Positions 34,062 through 45,195 of a DNA stretch of 64,000 nt are shown here, in pieces; position 1 is the first letter of the stretch; the number at the start of each line of letters is the position of its first letter. This DNA is from an uncultured Candidatus Rokubacteria bacterium. Lineage in GTDB: Bacteria; Methylomirabilota; Methylomirabilia; Rokubacteriales; DASRDR01. Location of the stretch: contig CAWGVS010000007.1 in NCBI GenBank assembly GCA_963826115.1, positions 145,074 through 209,073 of the forward strand, read 5' to 3'. The position numbers and the translations under genes are program-made. The notes under the pieces are model-generated. The model had not been told where the DNA came from, made no database searches, and worked only from the letters and a program-made list of their open reading frames with translations.

Positions 34062-35686
34062 TCAGCAGCCGAGCGCGAGTCCGTCCGCGCGGGGGTCGCC
34101 GCCCCCGACCAGGAGCCCGTCCGGCGCGAGCCGGAGGGCCTGGGCGTGGCCAGCCGTGTCGCTCCAGGCGTCGAGGACGCGCACGTCGTGGCCGCGGCCG
34201 GGCGAGGTCCGCCGCCACCCCGTCGCCGAACCGGCCCTCGATCGAGAGCGCGCGGGTGGGCGCGCCCCACGTCCGACCGTAGACCCACCGCGGCGCTTCC
34301 ACGGCGGCCTGGACGTCGAGCCCCAAGTCGACGACGCGCGTCGCGACCGCGACGAGCGTCTGGGGCTGACCCTCGCCGCCCATCGTCCCCGCGACCAGCA
34401 TCGGCCGGCCGTCGCGGAGATACATGAAGGGCGTGAGGGTGTGGAAGGGACGCTTCCCCGGCGCCAGGACGTTCGGGTGCGTCGGGTCGAGCGTGAAGCC
34501 CGCGCCGCGGTTCTGGAGCACGACGCCGGTCTCGCCCGCGATCACGCCCGAGCCCCACTCGTGGTAGATGCTCTGGATCAGGGACACGCAGTTCCCCTGC
34601 GCGTCCGCGGTCACGCAGGCGATCGTGTCGCCGCGCTCGACGCCGGAGGCGAGCGGCGCCGGGGCGGCCCGGTCCATCGCGATGCGCCGGCCGCGGTCGC
34701 GGAGGTATGCCGGGTCGAGGAGCCGCCCGAGCGGCACGGGGACCCGCTCCGGATCGGCGAGCCAGCGATCGCGGTCCCCGAAGGCGAGCTTCGTCGCCTC
34801 GACGGCCAGGTGCACGTAGTCCGCCGGGTCGGCCGCGCACGCGCGGACGTCCGCGCCCTCGAGCATCCCGAGGACCGCGAGCGCGACCAGCCCCTGGCAG
34901 GGCGGCGGCACCGTGGCGGCCACGCCCCCGCGATAGGGCACGGTGGCGGGCTCCGCCCAGCGCGAGCGGTGGGCGGCCAGATCGGCGGCGCGGAGCGGGC
35001 TCCCGACGGTCTCGCACGCGCGCCCGATCTCCGCGGCGACGTCCCCCTCGTAGAAGGCGCGCCCGCCCTCGCGGGCGAGGCGCGCGAGCGTGCGCGCGAG
35101 GCCCGGCTGCCGCAGCGGCCGGCCCGGCGCCGGCGCCGCGTCGCCGTCGAGGTAGGCCCGCCGGAACGGCGCGAACGCGGGCTCCCGGGCTTGGAGCAGA
35201 TCCCGCGCGCCCGCCGTGACGCGCGCCTGGCACGGCGAGACGGGAATCCCGTCCGCCGCGTGCCGGATCGCGGGCTCGAGGAGATCGCCCCAGGAGATCG
35301 TCGAGCCGAGCCGCTCCCGGCTGAACTGGTGAGCCGACCACAGACCGTCCGGGGCCCCGGGCACCGTGAGCGCCGCCAGGGGGCCGCGCGTGGGGATGGC
35401 CTCGTGGCCGTGGCGACGATAGAGCTCCGGCGTCGCCGCCGCCGCCGCGGGGCCGGCGGCCTGGAGCGCCGACAGGCGAGCTGCGCGCGCGTCCCAGCAG
35501 AGCCAGAAGCTGTCGCCGCCGAGCCCCGTCATGTGCGGATAGACGACGGCGATCGCGGCGCCGACGGCAACGGCCGCGTCGACGGCGGTGCCGCCGTGCT
35601 GCAGGACCTCGAGTCCGGCGAGGGTGGCGAGCGGATGGGGGGAAGCGACGACCCCGCGGCGCCCCAGGGCGGCGGGCCAGCGGGTC

Positions 35687-35694
<8 letters not shown>
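34062..35694 (-). CDS. ggt: Gamma-glutamyltransferase family protein (YwrD/HpxW-like) with a 1-nt insertion near 34200
   Basis: GGTAVDAA, PHMTGLGGD, GDT nucleophile, LQNRG, KRPFHT, GTMGGEGQPQ; conserved GHAQA...DPRADG end lies in the shifted frame, stop at 34062. Confidence 0.88.
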
Positions 35695-37078
<1,384 letters not shown>

Positions 37079-37094
37079 GGCTCGTTCCCCCGCC

Positions 37095-39425
37095 TCAGGC
37101 CGGTCCCGCCTGCCGCGGGGCCCCGGCCACGTCGAGCGCGGGCGCCGGGATCGCCGGCGCGGTCCCGCGCAGCACGGGCAGCTCGATGATGAAGCGCGTC
37201 CCGCGCGGCGCGTTGTCCTCGACGCGGATGCGCCCGCCGTGGTCGGTCACGATCTGGTGGACGATGGGCAGGCCGAGACCCATCCCCGTCGTCTTCGTCG
37301 AGAAGTACGGCAGGAACACGCGGTCGCGGAGCTCCGGGGGAATCCCGGGCCCGTTGTCGGAGATCGTGATCTCGACGTTCTCGCCCTGGGGCCACCGGGT
37401 CGCGATCACGACCTCCGTCGCGCCCGCCTCCACGGCGTTGTCCACGAGATTCAGCATGGCCCGCTTGAGCTGGTCGCCGTCCGCGTCGAGGGTCGGGACC
37501 TCGGTGGCGAAGTCCCCGCGGAGCTGGATGTTGCGGTGCGTCTCGCCGTAAAGGCCGAGCACGCTCTCCAGCAGGCGGTGGAGGTCCGTCGGCTTGGGCG
37601 TGAAGCTCGGCATGCGCGCGAACCGCGAGAACTCGTCCACCAGGCGGCGCAGCCCCTCCACCTCGCCGATGATGGTGGCGGTGCACTCCTCGAGCAGACC
37701 CCCGTCCTCGGCCAGCCGGCCGCCAAGGCGGCGCCGGAGGCGCTGAGCCGAGAGCTGGATGGGGGTCAGCGGGTTCTTGATCTCGTGGGCGATGCGCTGC
37801 GCGACCTCGCGCCACGCCGCGAGCCGCTGGGCGGCGAGGAGCTCGGTGAGGTCGTCGAACACCAGCACGATACCGAGGTGCTCGCCGGCGGGCCCACCGA
37901 GCGCGGTGAGGCTCGCCAGGAGCGTGAGGCTCTTCCCGTCGAGCGGGAGCTTGAGCTCGCGCTCGACCGTGCCCGCGCGGAGGCGCTCCATCCGCTCCAT
38001 GAGCGTCACGAGGTCGAGGTACGCCGACGCCCCGAAGGCCACCGCGTACGGCTTCCCCACCGCCGCGGTCGGCGCGAGCCCCAGCATCCGGCTCGCCGCG
38101 CGGTTCACGGTGGTCACGATGCCCGCGGCGTCGGTGGACACCACGCCCGTCGCCACGGCCTGCAGCACCGTCTCGGTGTACTGGCGCCGCTCGCCGAGCT
38201 CGGCGTGCTTGGCCTGGAGGTCCGCGTACGCGAGCTCGAGCTCCGCCTTCGAGGACTTGAGGTCCGTCGTCATCTGGTTGAAGGACTCCACCAGGATGCC
38301 GACCTCGTCATCCGCCTGGGCGGTCACGCGGAAGTCGAGGTTGCCCGCCGCGACCTCGCGCGTGCCCTGGGCCAAGAGCTGGATCGGGACCGTGATGCCG
38401 CGGGCGAGGTAGAGCCCGAACCAGGTGACGGAGAACACGATGACCAGGGTCATCAGGAGGAACAGCAGGATGTAGATGCCCTTGATCGGCTGCCGCAGGA
38501 GCTTGAGCTGCTTGTACTCCTGGAACGCCTGGGCGATGCCCCGTACCTGCGCCTCGAGCCGCTGGGGCACGTGGATCGCGACCACCGTGACGCCGACCAC
38601 CCGCGGCGGGTCGCCGGGCGCCACCACGGGCACCATGCCCTGGATGAGGTCCCCGGTGGAGATCTCGCGCCGCGTGGAGAGCTCCCGGCCCGCCAGGGCC
38701 ATCCGGACCTGCTCGGAGTTCACCACCGTCTCGAGCGAGGGAACCAGGACGGGGTCGTTCACGTGAACGATCTCGTGGCCCCCCGGCCCGTAGAGCGCGA
38801 TGCCGGCCAGTCCGTACTGCTCGGTCTGCTCCTGCAGGAACTCGATCAGGTCCTCGCGTCGGTCCTCGGGGAGGAGGCCGTCGCGGGTGAGCGTCCGCGC
38901 CACGTACTGGCCGTGCCGGACTGCCTCGTCCTGGACGCGCTCGTAGAAGGTCTGGGCGACCCGCATCGACTCGTCGAGCGGGCGCTCGACCTGGATCTTG
39001 AACCAGCCCTCGATCGACGTGTTGATGAGGTTCGACGCGATCAGGAAGATGAGGATGGCCGGCGCGAGCGCCAGCGACAGGAACGCCGCGACCAGCTTGG
39101 TCTTGAAGCGCGAGCCGAGCACCTTGTTGCGGCGCTCGAACCAGAGCTTGGCGAGATTCCGGAAGAGGAGGATCAGGAGCAGCAGGAAGACGATCAGGTT
39201 CAGGTTGAAGAGCGCGATGACGACGACGTTCGATGCGACCGGGATGTCCGGGAGCCGGACCCCGACCTCCACCGCGGTGGCCACCACCAGGAGGAGGAGC
39301 ACCGCAACGATGATGACGAGGTTGCGCTTCCGCTTCTCGCGGTCGTCCGGCGGCCGGACGCCGACCGGCGGGAGCGCCGGGATCGGCGGCGCCACGGGCG
39401 TCGTGGTCGGCTCCGTCGCGCTCAT
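37095..39425 (-). CDS. ntrY: NtrY-like PAS/HAMP histidine kinase
   Basis: TM segments, HAMP, PAS, AWREVAQRIAHEIKNPLTPIQLSA, STKTTGMGLGL; ATGA coupling to DUF4390. Confidence 0.92.
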   Translation of the reverse strand: MSATEPTTTPVAPPIPALPPVGVRPPDDREKRKRNLVIIVAVLLLLVVATAVEVGVRLPDIPVASNVVVIALFNLNLIVFLLLLILLFRNLAKLWFERRNKVLGSRFKTKLVAAFLSLALAPAILIFLIASNLINTSIEGWFKIQVERPLDESMRVAQTFYERVQDEAVRHGQYVARTLTRDGLLPEDRREDLIEFLQEQTEQYGLAGIALYGPGGHEIVHVNDPVLVPSLETVVNSEQVRMALAGRELSTRREISTGDLIQGMVPVVAPGDPPRVVGVTVVAIHVPQRLEAQVRGIAQAFQEYKQLKLLRQPIKGIYILLFLLMTLVIVFSVTWFGLYLARGITVPIQLLAQGTREVAAGNLDFRVTAQADDEVGILVESFNQMTTDLKSSKAELELAYADLQAKHAELGERRQYTETVLQAVATGVVSTDAAGIVTTVNRAASRMLGLAPTAAVGKPYAVAFGASAYLDLVTLMERMERLRAGTVERELKLPLDGKSLTLLASLTALGGPAGEHLGIVLVFDDLTELLAAQRLAAWREVAQRIAHEIKNPLTPIQLSAQRLRRRLGGRLAEDGGLLEECTATIIGEVEGLRRLVDEFSRFARMPSFTPKPTDLHRLLESVLGLYGETHRNIQLRGDFATEVPTLDADGDQLKRAMLNLVDNAVEAGATEVVIATRWPQGENVEITISDNGPGIPPELRDRVFLPYFSTKTTGMGLGLPIVHQIVTDHGGRIRVEDNAPRGTRFIIELPVLRGTAPAIPAPALDVAGAPRQAGPA

Positions 39426-40012
39426 CGCACACGCCGGAGCGTGAGGAGCGGCGTCTGCTCCCACGGCGTCTCGGACCGCGAGGACACGAACGGAAGGATC
39501 CGGGAGACGGAGGCGTCCGGCGCCCCGGAACGGACCTCGGCGCGCACCCGGACGTAGTAGAGCTCGTCCAGGTTGAGGTGCGTCACCTGGGTCAGCTTGA
39601 AGCCTCGGAGCTCTGACAGCACACGCTCGGCCTCCCAGACGTCACGGGTGACGTAGGCCTCCCGCTCCTCGCCCTGGACCGGCGTGACACGGAACTCCTT
39701 CGTCAGGACGTCGTAGACGACCTGCCGTTCCACCAGCTTCGCCACCACCCGGCGATCGACCCACCAGGAGTTGTACTGCCACAGTTCCAGCTGAAAGCGT
39801 ACCGCGGCCGGGATCCCAGTCCCCAACCCCTCGACGATGCCCTCGGGCATGGCGCCCAGCAGGACCAGGTCCACCAGGAGGTTGCTGTCCGAATTCGTGA
39901 CACCAAGGTTCGAGATGCGGAAGGGCGGAGCGGCCCCCGACGCCGTTCCCGCCACGAGCAGGAGCCCCAGCGCGACCGCCAGGTTCCTGGTCGGCCAAGG
40001 CCGCCTGGACAT
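39422..40012 (-). CDS. DUF4390 domain exported protein
   Basis: Signal peptide, GIPAAVRFQLELW...WWVD, YDVLTKEF; typical position upstream of ntrY. Confidence 0.8.
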   Translation of the reverse strand: MSRRPWPTRNLAVALGLLLVAGTASGAAPPFRISNLGVTNSDSNLLVDLVLLGAMPEGIVEGLGTGIPAAVRFQLELWQYNSWWVDRRVVAKLVERQVVYDVLTKEFRVTPVQGEEREAYVTRDVWEAERVLSELRGFKLTQVTHLNLDELYYVRVRAEVRSGAPDASVSRILPFVSSRSETPWEQTPLLTLRRVR

Positions 40013-40096
40013 AGCGGGACATTATAGCCTGTGGCTCTCTGCGGGGCTCCGCCGCGGGTGCGGCGGCGAGACAGCGACCCGGCCGGGAAGGTCCCC

Positions 40097-41017
40097 TTAG
40101 TGGGTGGCGACGCGCGGGCGTCGCCGCGCAGCGCCTTCCCACGCCGCCTCGACGTGAACCGGGGTCCGCCGCGGCGCGACATCCTCCCACCGCCGCGCGG
40201 CCTTCACGATCTCGCGGACGAGGAGGTGGTTCAGCGCGTGCCCGGCGTTCCGCGCCACGACGTGACCCAGCATCGGACGGCCGACCAGGGACAGGTCCCC
40301 GATGACGTCGAGGATCTTGTGGCGGACGAACTCGTCCTGGAACCGGAGGGCGCCGTTCAGGATCCGCTCCTGCCCGACCACGACGGCGTTGGAGAGGTTG
40401 CCGCCGAGCGCCAGGCCCTGTTGCCGGAGGAGCTCGAGGTCCTTCAGGAAGCCGTAGGTCCGGGCGGGCGCGAGCTCCTCGACGAAGACCCGCTCGGACG
40501 GCACGAACGACGCGACCTGAACCCCCACCGCGGGATGCTCGTGGTCGAGCGTGTAGCTGATGCGGAACTCGGACGCCGGCAGGATCTGGAGCCAGCGGTG
40601 CTCGTCGCCCACCCGGATGGGCTCGGCCACGCGGAGCGGCTGGGGCCGCACGGCGACCTGCGCCTCGCGTCCCGCCGTGTAGAGCAGCGCGACGAAGGGC
40701 GCGGAGCTGCCGTCCACCGCGGGCAGCTCGGGGCCGTCCAGCTCGATCACCAGATTGTCGATCCCGAGGCCGCGCACCGCCGCCAGGAGGTGCTCGACGG
40801 TCTGGATCTGCACGCCGTCGGCCCCGATGGTGGTCGCGTAGTGACCGTTGATGAGCGACTCCGGACACACCGGGACGCGCACGCGCTCGCGGCCCACCAC
40901 GAACACCACGCCGTGGTCCGGCGGGGCCGGCAGGAGCGCCATCGTGACCGGCACCCCGGTGTGCAGTCCCACGCCCTCGCAGGTCACCGGCTTCCGGATC
41001 GAGTGCTGAAGCTCCAT
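40097..41017 (-). CDS. lpxC: UDP-3-O-acyl-GlcNAc deacetylase
   Basis: GVGLHTG, TVEHLLAA, DGSS, ARTYGF, RHKILDVIGDL. Confidence 0.97.
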   Translation of the reverse strand: MELQHSIRKPVTCEGVGLHTGVPVTMALLPAPPDHGVVFVVGRERVRVPVCPESLINGHYATTIGADGVQIQTVEHLLAAVRGLGIDNLVIELDGPELPAVDGSSAPFVALLYTAGREAQVAVRPQPLRVAEPIRVGDEHRWLQILPASEFRISYTLDHEHPAVGVQVASFVPSERVFVEELAPARTYGFLKDLELLRQQGLALGGNLSNAVVVGQERILNGALRFQDEFVRHKILDVIGDLSLVGRPMLGHVVARNAGHALNHLLVREIVKAARRWEDVAPRRTPVHVEAAWEGAARRRPRVATH

Positions 41018-41055
41018 CAGTCAGGGACCCTCCATGGTCCCGGGCGGGGGACTAG

Positions 41056-41072
41056 AGCAAGGGAGGTGCCAG
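41056..41072 (-). promoter_or_regulatory. Sigma54 (-24/-12) promoter of lpxC
   Basis: Minus strand CTGGCAC-ctccc-TTGCT, an exact consensus match about 40 nt above the lpxC ATG. Confidence 0.85.
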
Positions 41073-41222
41073 CGCACCCACCGATGATACGCGACTGGCA
41101 AGTATGCGGAATCTCGATCTCATTCCTAAGGCCCTCCCGATCCGTTCTCCATCCTGCGAGCGAATCGTTGCACCGTAACAGCACGATGCGAGGGCCGATG
41201 TTTCCCATGCGCAACGGACACG

Positions 41223-41645
41223 TCAGATGTCGAGCACTACCCGCGCGGTCACCCGCCCCGGGGTTTCGCGGACCTCCAGCCCATCGGGCGTGGCTGCCTT
41301 CACCACGGTCCCGCGGGGGTGCCGCGCGGGGTCCAGGGGCTCGCCGTGGAGCACCGCGTGGACGCCCGTGCTCGTGACCTCGGGTCGGGTCACATCGGAC
41401 ACGACGAAGCCTTCGAGGTCGTGGACGTAGAGGCACTCGTTCAGCCAGTTCACGAGGAGCGCTTCGACCGACGCGCCACGCGCCGCCACCTCGCGGCTCT
41501 CCCGGACCTCGACGGCGCCGGTCGCCACGATCAGGTTGAAGACGCCGAGCGCGCACTGGCGTAGGCATCCCGGCAGGTCGGGTCCCCACGCCGCCACGCC
41601 GACGGCCGGCGCCGCGTCGAAGTACTCGTAGCCGCCCGAGGTCAT
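41223..41645 (-). CDS. Archease-family protein, divergent
   Basis: YEYFD...G, LLVNWLNE, GEPLDPARH...VKAAT, C-terminal LDI. Confidence 0.85.
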   Translation of the reverse strand: MTSGGYEYFDAAPAVGVAAWGPDLPGCLRQCALGVFNLIVATGAVEVRESREVAARGASVEALLVNWLNECLYVHDLEGFVVSDVTRPEVTSTGVHAVLHGEPLDPARHPRGTVVKAATPDGLEVRETPGRVTARVVLDI

Positions 41646-42388
41646 CCGCGCGGCCCCCCGAGGTCCCCGAAGAGGTACTGACAGAGGGCGACCGCGGCGA
41701 CGCCGGCCGACTCCGCGCGGAGGATGCGGGGTCCCAGGCTCACGACGCGCGCGCCGGCGCCCTCGGCCGCCGCCACCTCCTCGGCGGTGAAGCCGCCCTC
41801 GGGCCCGATCAGGAGCAAGAGGCGGGCGGGCGCGCCGGCGTCCGCCGCCGTCCGGGCGAGCGCTCCGCCCCCACCCTCCCACAGGAGCCACGCGGCGTCG
41901 TGCGCGCCGATCTCGCGCGTCACCTCGGCGAAGGTCCGGATGGGCTCGATGACCGGGACCACCACCCGCCCGCACTGCTTGACCGCCTCGCGCGCGATCC
42001 GCTCCCAGCGCGCCGGGCGGGCCGCCGGCCCGCCCGCGGGCCGCGCCACGACGCGCGCGGTCTCCACGGGGACGATCCGCGCCACGCCGAGCTCCGTCGC
42101 CTTCTGGACGAGCCAGCTCATCCGATCGCCCTTCAAGACCGCCTGGGCCAGCGTGATCGCGCACGGCGACTCCCGCCGGGGCTCAGCCCGCGCCTCGATC
42201 GCGCCCCATCCGCCGGCGGCGTCGAGCGCGACGAGCCGCACCGTGTAGAGACGTCCGCTGCCGTCCGTCGCCTCGACGACCGCGCCCGGCCGGAGCCGGA
42301 GTACCCGTCGGAGGTGGTGCGCCTCGTCGGCGTCGAACCGGACGCGGTCCGCGCCGACGGCGGCGGGGCGGACAAAGACCAGGGGCAC
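41642..42388 (-). CDS. rsmE: 16S rRNA m3U1498 methyltransferase
   Basis: HLRRVLRL, QKATELGV, EAVKQCGR, IGPEGGF, LGPRILRAE. Confidence 0.96.
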   Translation of the reverse strand: MPLVFVRPAAVGADRVRFDADEAHHLRRVLRLRPGAVVEATDGSGRLYTVRLVALDAAGGWGAIEARAEPRRESPCAITLAQAVLKGDRMSWLVQKATELGVARIVPVETARVVARPAGGPAARPARWERIAREAVKQCGRVVVPVIEPIRTFAEVTREIGAHDAAWLLWEGGGGALARTAADAGAPARLLLLIGPEGGFTAEEVAAAEGAGARVVSLGPRILRAESAGVAAVALCQYLFGDLGGPRG

Positions 42389-42424
42389 GCGCTCACCCGG
42401 TCCCGGCGCGCCGAGCCATGGCGC

Positions 42425-43342
42425 TCAGCCGCCCCGGCGCAGGAGCACGGCCGCCCATCCATCCGCCTCGGCAACCTCGACGAGCCAGCACCCCGCGGCC
42501 GCGAAGGTGCCGGACACGATCGGCACCTCGTGCGCGAGGAGACCGCCCGCGATCAGGCTGCCGCCCGGCGTCACGAGGGCCGCGAGCGCGGGCGCGAGGG
42601 TGACGTGGGCCGCCGCCAGGAGATTCGCGAGGACGAGCGGCACGGCGGGGCCCGCCCAGGCGTCGGCGGCGGCGAGCGCCGCGTGGACGCGGTCCGCCAC
42701 GCCGTTTCGCCGGGCGTTCTCCTCGGTCGCGGCAACCGCGTCGGGATCGACGTCGATGGCGTCCACGCGCGGGACGCCGAGCCGGGCCGCGGCGATCGCG
42801 AGGATACCCGAGCCGCAGCCGACGTCGAGCACGGGACGCGCGGACGTCGCCGCGAGCGCCCGATCGAGGAGCTCGAGACAGCTCCGGGTGGACCCGTGGC
42901 CGCCGGTGCCGAAGGCCCGCCCCGGCTCGATCAGCACGACCACGCGGCCGGCCGCGAGCGCGGGCGGCGGCGTCTCCCAGGGGGGGCACACGAGCAAGCG
43001 CCGCCCGACCGGGATCGGCCGGAAGTGGGCGCGCCACGCGTCCGCCCACGGCTCGTCGGGCAAGGGCGCGACGTCGACGCGCGCCGCCGCGCCCGGGAGC
43101 CCGAGGGCGGCGAGCTCGCCCAGGTAGTCCCGGAGCGTCGCCGCCCGCGCCGGCGCGTCGGTGCCCGGCGGGAAGAAGGCGCGGAGCGCGGCCGCGTCGC
43201 CCGCGGCCTCCTCCACGACGCCGACCGCCCCCAGCTCCCACAGGCGGTTCGTCACGGCCTCCGTCGTCTCGGCGGCGTCGGCGCCGAGCGTCACCGTCAG
43301 CTCCCAGTACTCGGCGGCCGCCGGGGCGGCGGGCTTCGGCAT
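42425..43342 (-). CDS. prmA: Ribosomal protein L11 methyltransferase
   Basis: WADAWRAHF, EPGRAFGTGGHGST, LDVGCGSGILAI, ANL. Confidence 0.95.
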   Translation of the reverse strand: MPKPAAPAAAEYWELTVTLGADAAETTEAVTNRLWELGAVGVVEEAAGDAAALRAFFPPGTDAPARAATLRDYLGELAALGLPGAAARVDVAPLPDEPWADAWRAHFRPIPVGRRLLVCPPWETPPPALAAGRVVVLIEPGRAFGTGGHGSTRSCLELLDRALAATSARPVLDVGCGSGILAIAAARLGVPRVDAIDVDPDAVAATEENARRNGVADRVHAALAAADAWAGPAVPLVLANLLAAAHVTLAPALAALVTPGGSLIAGGLLAHEVPIVSGTFAAAGCWLVEVAEADGWAAVLLRRGG

Positions 43343-43357
43343 GTCTCGCGCCGTCGG

Positions 43358-43783
43358 CTACTCGCGCCGCTCGAGGTGCATGCGGAGGGCCCGCCCGCCG
43401 GAGGTCACGTGGGTGCCCTCGAGCACGGTCGGCTTCACGAGCTTGAGCGTCACGTGGAGCGCCTCCGGGGTGATGAACTCCACGGTCACCGTGGGGTCCA
43501 CGACCGTGACGTCGACGGCGACGCGGGCGACCTTGTCGGCCGTCACCCCGTAGGTCCCGTCCGCCTTCCACTTGGCGACCCCGGGCGCGCTCGAGGCGTC
43601 CTGGCGCACGTTCCGGAGGGTCAGGACTCGCGACGGCATGTGACGGGGGCTCGGCACCTCCGTGGTGCCTTCCCAGCGGCCGGTCAGGATCGCCGCGACG
43701 TCCACCTCGGCGCCGGCCGGCGCAGCCAGCAGGATCCACCCGGCGAGCGCCATGCTCCAGGCCGCGAGCCGTCCGCGTCTCAT
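43358..43783 (-). CDS. Hypothetical exported beta-rich protein
   Basis: Signal peptide ending APAGA; LTGRWEG; AAAGGA RBS. Confidence 0.7.
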   Translation of the reverse strand: MRRGRLAAWSMALAGWILLAAPAGAEVDVAAILTGRWEGTTEVPSPRHMPSRVLTLRNVRQDASSAPGVAKWKADGTYGVTADKVARVAVDVTVVDPTVTVEFITPEALHVTLKLVKPTVLEGTHVTSGGRALRMHLERRE

Positions 43784-43942
43784 CGTCGTCCTTTCCCGCC
43801 CCGGCGGGCGCGCCGGCGGCGGGCCGGCCGTCTGACCCTACTCCGCCCCGGCCGGCGACGCCAGGCGGGCCCCAGCCGCGGCCGGAGCGCCGCGAAGCAC
43901 GAGGCCAACCGGGTCGATCCTGTAGAATCGCTGAGGCGTCTC

Positions 43943-45163
43943 ATGCGATCGGCCACGTGGCGCGCGCACTTCGACCGTCTCTTGGCTCCGGCCGAGAGCC
44001 CGCCGTGGTCGAACCGGATCACGAACGCAGCCCTCATGGCGCTCATCCTCGTGAGCGTCGTGGCGGCCGTGCTCGAGACGGTCGACGACCTCCCGCCGCG
44101 GATCACCTGGCTCCTCCACCTGGCCGAGGCCTTCGCGGTGGCGGCGATGGCCGTCGAGTACGTGCTCCGCGTCTGGGCGGCGCCCGAGCGCGAGGCCATC
44201 GGGACGCGCGAGCCCTGGCAGGCGCGGCTCCACTACGCGACCTCGTTCGTCGGGCTCGTCGACCTCTTCGCCGTCCTCCCGGCCCTCGTGGCAATGGTGG
44301 TCCCGATCCCCCCGGACGCCCTGCGGCTCCTGCGGGTGCTGCGGCTCCTCAAGCTCGTCCGCTACACGCCGGCGCTGACGCTGTTCGCGGCGGTGATGCG
44401 GAACGAGAGCCGCGCGCTTCTCGCGACGCTCCTGGTCGTGATCGTGCTCCTGGTCCTCGAGGCGTCGATCATGTACGTCCTCGAGCGCGAGGCGCAGCCC
44501 AAGGTCTTCGCGAGCATCCCCCACGCGATGTGGTGGGCCATCGTGACGATCGCGACGGTCGGCTACGGCGACATGTTCCCGATCACGGCCCTGGGCAAGG
44601 TCTTCGGCGGCATGGTCATGGTGATCGGGATCGCCGTCTTCGCGGTGCCGGCCGGTATCCTCGCCACCGGCTTCGCGAGCGAGATCCGCAAGCGCGACTT
44701 CGTCGTCACCTGGCAGACCGTCGCCAACGTGCCGCTGTTCACCGGCCTGGACGCGGCGCGGATCGCCGAGATCGCCCGGCTGCTGAAGCGCCAGGTGGTC
44801 CCGGCTCAGTTCGCCGTGGTCCGACGCGGGGATCCGGCCGACGCGATGTTCTTCATCATGTCCGGCGAAGTCCAGGTCGACATCGCGCCGACGCCGGTCC
44901 GCCTGGGCCGCGGCCAGTACTTCGGCGAGATCGCCCTGATCCGCGACACGGTGCGAACGGCGACGGTGAGCACGCTCGCCGAGTGCCAGCTCCTGTCGCT
45001 GGACGTGGCCGACTTCCGGCGGCTCCTCGAGAACAACCCCAGCCTCAAGGCGACCATCACCCGGACCGCCGAGGAGCGTCTCGGCGTCCTGACGGGGACG
45101 GCCACGACGGGGCATGCGGGGCTCACGCCGGGCGATCCGCCCGCCGGCCGGCCGCGCGCCTGA
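43943..45163 (+). CDS. Cyclic nucleotide-gated 6TM potassium channel (MloK1-like)
   Basis: S4 LRLLRVLRLLKLVR, pore WWAIVTIATVGYGD, CNBD FGEIAL...RTATV. Confidence 0.94.
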   Translation: MRSATWRAHFDRLLAPAESPPWSNRITNAALMALILVSVVAAVLETVDDLPPRITWLLHLAEAFAVAAMAVEYVLRVWAAPEREAIGTREPWQARLHYATSFVGLVDLFAVLPALVAMVVPIPPDALRLLRVLRLLKLVRYTPALTLFAAVMRNESRALLATLLVVIVLLVLEASIMYVLEREAQPKVFASIPHAMWWAIVTIATVGYGDMFPITALGKVFGGMVMVIGIAVFAVPAGILATGFASEIRKRDFVVTWQTVANVPLFTGLDAARIAEIARLLKRQVVPAQFAVVRRGDPADAMFFIMSGEVQVDIAPTPVRLGRGQYFGEIALIRDTVRTATVSTLAECQLLSLDVADFRRLLENNPSLKATITRTAEERLGVLTGTATTGHAGLTPGDPPAGRPRA

Positions 45164-45195
45164 TCCCCCGACCGACCACGGCCTCGCCGACGGCC

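Noticed and set aside
41900-43942. Apparent long N-terminal extension of the K+ channel
   Set aside because: Antisense to rsmE, prmA and the hypothetical gene; the channel plausibly starts at ATG 43943 after a TAGAAT -10 element.
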